Part shown: in pieces, positions 61,755 through 64,000 of the stretch
Position numbering within the stretch: the stretch's first letter is position 1
Layout: each line of letters opens with the position of its first letter
Assembly (NCBI GenBank): GCA_963737635.1
Contig: CAVTTL010000001.1
Span: forward strand, 1,792,001-1,856,000
Length of the DNA: 64,000 nucleotides
Reading direction: 5' to 3'
From: an uncultured Methanoregulaceae archaeon
Lineage (GTDB): Archaea; Halobacteriota; Methanomicrobia; Methanomicrobiales; Methanospirillaceae
The notes under the pieces: model-generated
Told to the model about the DNA's origin: nothing
What the model saw: only the letters and a program-made list of their open reading frames with translations
Database searches by the model: none
Made by a program: the position numbers and the translations under genes

Positions 61755-62728
61755 TTCAGCCACCCGCTCACATCGTACGCAAAATAGGTGATGATGAGAT
61801 CCGCTCCCGCCCGTTTGATACAAGTCAGGGTCTCAATGACTGTCTCTTTCTCTTTTATCCATCCTTTTTCCGCGGCCGCTTTTATCATAGCGTATTCGCC
61901 GCTCACCTGGTAGCCGGCCACCGGGAGACCGAGCGTGGCAATGTCTGCCATGACATCGAGATAGGGCCCTGCAGGCTTGACCATCAGGATATCGGCTCCT
62001 TCCTCCATATCGAGCCGGGATTCGAGAAACGCCTCGCGCCCGTTTGCCGGGTTCATCTGGTAGGTCGTGCGGTCACCAAATGAGAACCCGGACTCAGCAG
62101 CCTCCCGGAATGGGCCGTACAGGGCAGATGAGAATTTGGTCGAATACGACATGATGAGTACATCTTCATACCCTCCTTCATCCAGTGCAGTCCGGATCGA
62201 TCGGACCATGCCGTCAAGCATACAGGAGGGAGCGATAATGTCGGCGCCTGCCTCTGCATGGCTTGTCGCAATACGGTTCATAAGGAGCAGGGACTCGTCG
62301 TTTAAGAGATCCTTTTCCCCGCAACGGGTGCTGCCGACTATCCCGCAGTGGCCGTGGCTGGTGTATTCACAGGCACAGACATCAGTGATGACCGCCATTT
62401 CAGGGTATGCCGCCTTGATCCGCCGGACCGCTTGCTGCACAATTCCCTCGGGATCATAGGCGCTTGTGGCGGCCTCGTCCTTGTGCGCCGGGATGCCAAA
62501 GAGGAGAACCGCCCGGATGCCCCGTTCCCAGAGTTTTCCAGCGACCGCTGCAATGCCGTCGACCGGGTACCGGGACTGCCCGGGCATAGAGACAATAGGC
62601 ACCGGGGTTTTTGCCGTTTCATCAACAAAGAGGGGGGCGACGAGATCGTTTTTTGTCAGGGTCGTCTCACACAAAAGAGGTTGAACCGTGCGGGATCGTA
62701 CCCGCCGCATTCGTCGCTGTAGGAACAT
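61751..62728 (-). CDS. hemB: Porphobilinogen synthase (Zn-dependent)
   Basis: [33 protein letters not shown]; start moved to ATG at 62728. Confidence 0.96.
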   Translation of the reverse strand: MFLQRRMRRVRSRTVQPLLCETTLTKNDLVAPLFVDETAKTPVPIVSMPGQSRYPVDGIAAVAGKLWERGIRAVLLFGIPAHKDEAATSAYDPEGIVQQAVRRIKAAYPEMAVITDVCACEYTSHGHCGIVGSTRCGEKDLLNDESLLLMNRIATSHAEAGADIIAPSCMLDGMVRSIRTALDEGGYEDVLIMSYSTKFSSALYGPFREAAESGFSFGDRTTYQMNPANGREAFLESRLDMEEGADILMVKPAGPYLDVMADIATLGLPVAGYQVSGEYAMIKAAAEKGWIKEKETVIETLTCIKRAGADLIITYFAYDVSGWLK

Positions 62729-62868
62729 GGGCACCATACCTTGGACGTTGATAGATACAGATTGCAGATGCATCGTATTTATGGTTATATTATCCATGTA
62801 CCGCCGGCCTTTCGCACGTACCTGCTCAAGCGGGAACCTATATCCCATTTTCCGGGTTTATCATTCTT

Positions 62869-63507
62869 ATGCAGAGACTGGTATTTTCCGTTTCCGCCGT
62901 TCTTGTCTGTGCTGCTCTCCTGGTGGCCGGCTGTGTTGCTCCATCCAGCACTTCGGGAAGTGTGACGCCGGTTGCCACCTCTACGGCCACCATATCGCTT
63001 GCACCGCTCGCGCTTGCCCCTGCCGATCTCCCAGCCAATGTCACGCAGGAATCCGGCCGGCAGAAATCGAACAGTGAAGTCGGCTCGGTTGCAAAAGATC
63101 TCGGGTGGCAAGAAGGCTACGTTGCCACGTATTCCTCACCGGGAAACGGGACAACGATCATCCAGACCATCACCGTCTACCCGGCGGCAAATATGCCTGA
63201 TGTCATCAACCTGGTAAATGCCGGTGACCAGCGGGAAACCGGGTTAGCCTATGCCGATCTGCCACTGCCCGCAACCGGGCCGGAAACCTATGCCTTCTCG
63301 GCCACGGTGAATGTAACCCCAACCACTACAGAGAATAGCGGACTACCGATCTCTTCCGGGAGTAGCGTATCTGCGCAATCGGTGGGATATACCGAAGTGA
63401 TCTTCGCAAAAGGTGACATCCTCGAAGTAATCCGGATGAGTGGGCCTGGCACACAGTATGATACCCTCAAAACCCTCGCAGAGACCGCATACAACAAGAT
63501 CGGGTAA
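62869..63507 (+). CDS. Lipoprotein-like secreted hypothetical protein
   Basis: Signal peptide ending LVAGC, Ser/Thr-rich linker. Confidence 0.75.
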   Translation: MQRLVFSVSAVLVCAALLVAGCVAPSSTSGSVTPVATSTATISLAPLALAPADLPANVTQESGRQKSNSEVGSVAKDLGWQEGYVATYSSPGNGTTIIQTITVYPAANMPDVINLVNAGDQRETGLAYADLPLPATGPETYAFSATVNVTPTTTENSGLPISSGSSVSAQSVGYTEVIFAKGDILEVIRMSGPGTQYDTLKTLAETAYNKIG

Positions 63508-63593
63508 CGTGAAAAAAGAGTAAACCCGGTTTTTGCCGGGATAGTAGCCTCTCTTTTTAGATCCCGTCTCTTCTCATGGTGGCGGGATAACTC

Positions 63594-64000
63594 TCATTCG
63601 GGTGTTTCCCCGTTTTTAGGCAATTCGGCTCCAGTCATGCCCCGGGTAAGTGCATGGACGAGCGCTTCTGCAGAACCGCGATCGCCTTCCTCTGCACATT
63701 CCCGAATGGATGCAGTTGCATCCGTAAGGATCTTTTTTGTGAGCACCCGGGAGAGATCGTCAATCACTTCCATGGTCCGCTCATCGGTATTTCCCAGCCG
63801 GGCAAGGGCCTTGTCCCGTTCACGTAGCCTGACGGCTTCGGCCCACGTATGCAGGGCGGCGATGCAGTCATCGGCGGACTTCCGGTGCAGCTGGCGGATA
63901 AAGTGTTCCAGTTCATCGCTGACGTGGGCAGCAGCCCGTTCTGCCTCAGCTTTACGGGTGCTCATCGTCCGTTCGTTGACCTGCCGGAGATCATCGATCG
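63594..64000 (-). CDS. hemA: Glutamyl-tRNA reductase, C-terminal part (truncated by the window end)
   Basis: IDDLRQV...RKAEAERA...AEAVRLRERDKAL...LTKKIL dimerization-domain pattern; located upstream of hemB. Confidence 0.85.
   Translation of the reverse strand, partial: IDDLRQVNERTMSTRKAEAERAAAHVSDELEHFIRQLHRKSADDCIAALHTWAEAVRLRERDKALARLGNTDERTMEVIDDLSRVLTKKILTDATASIRECAEEGDRGSAEALVHALTRGMTGAELPKNGETPE

Overview
Chromosomal segment of a methanogenic archaeon. Gene content and protein style point to Methanomicrobiales, most likely Methanoregula-like; this is an inference, no search was run. In order it holds: the 3' part of a PGF-CTERM S-layer glycoprotein; a metal-homeostasis locus (cbiMNQO plus a CDF exporter, divergent from a DtxR/MntR regulator and znuACB); geranylgeranyl reductase; a degenerate HEPN/DUF86 gene; a STAS/RsbW-like pair; tRNA-Arg(GCG); two PAS histidine kinases; mutY, a voltage-sensor/CorA fusion and mutSL; a YyaL-family gene; a 2H-phosphoesterase/metallophosphoesterase fusion; trm11, aglB, grpE-dnaK-dnaJ, purH, two DUF4013-like paralogs and ilvD; cbiTLFGHCDE; a third, membrane-bound histidine kinase; and hemA/hemB/hemL/hemC/cobA. 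I found no transposase, integrase, CRISPR array or rRNA. About 17 apparent frameshifts break 12 genes, including housekeeping ones, so I treat them as probable long-read errors. Best leads: (1) a pore-less voltage-sensor domain fused to a CorA-type channel with GSN instead of GMN; (2) most frameshifts sit in or next to CCGG, which also looks over-represented, suggesting a modified, iterated CCGG motif; (3) a duplicated 23-bp palindromic operator linking Co and Zn transport to a Cys-substituted DtxR; (4) the 2H/metallophosphoesterase fusion; (5) a partner-switching module in an organism without sigma factors.
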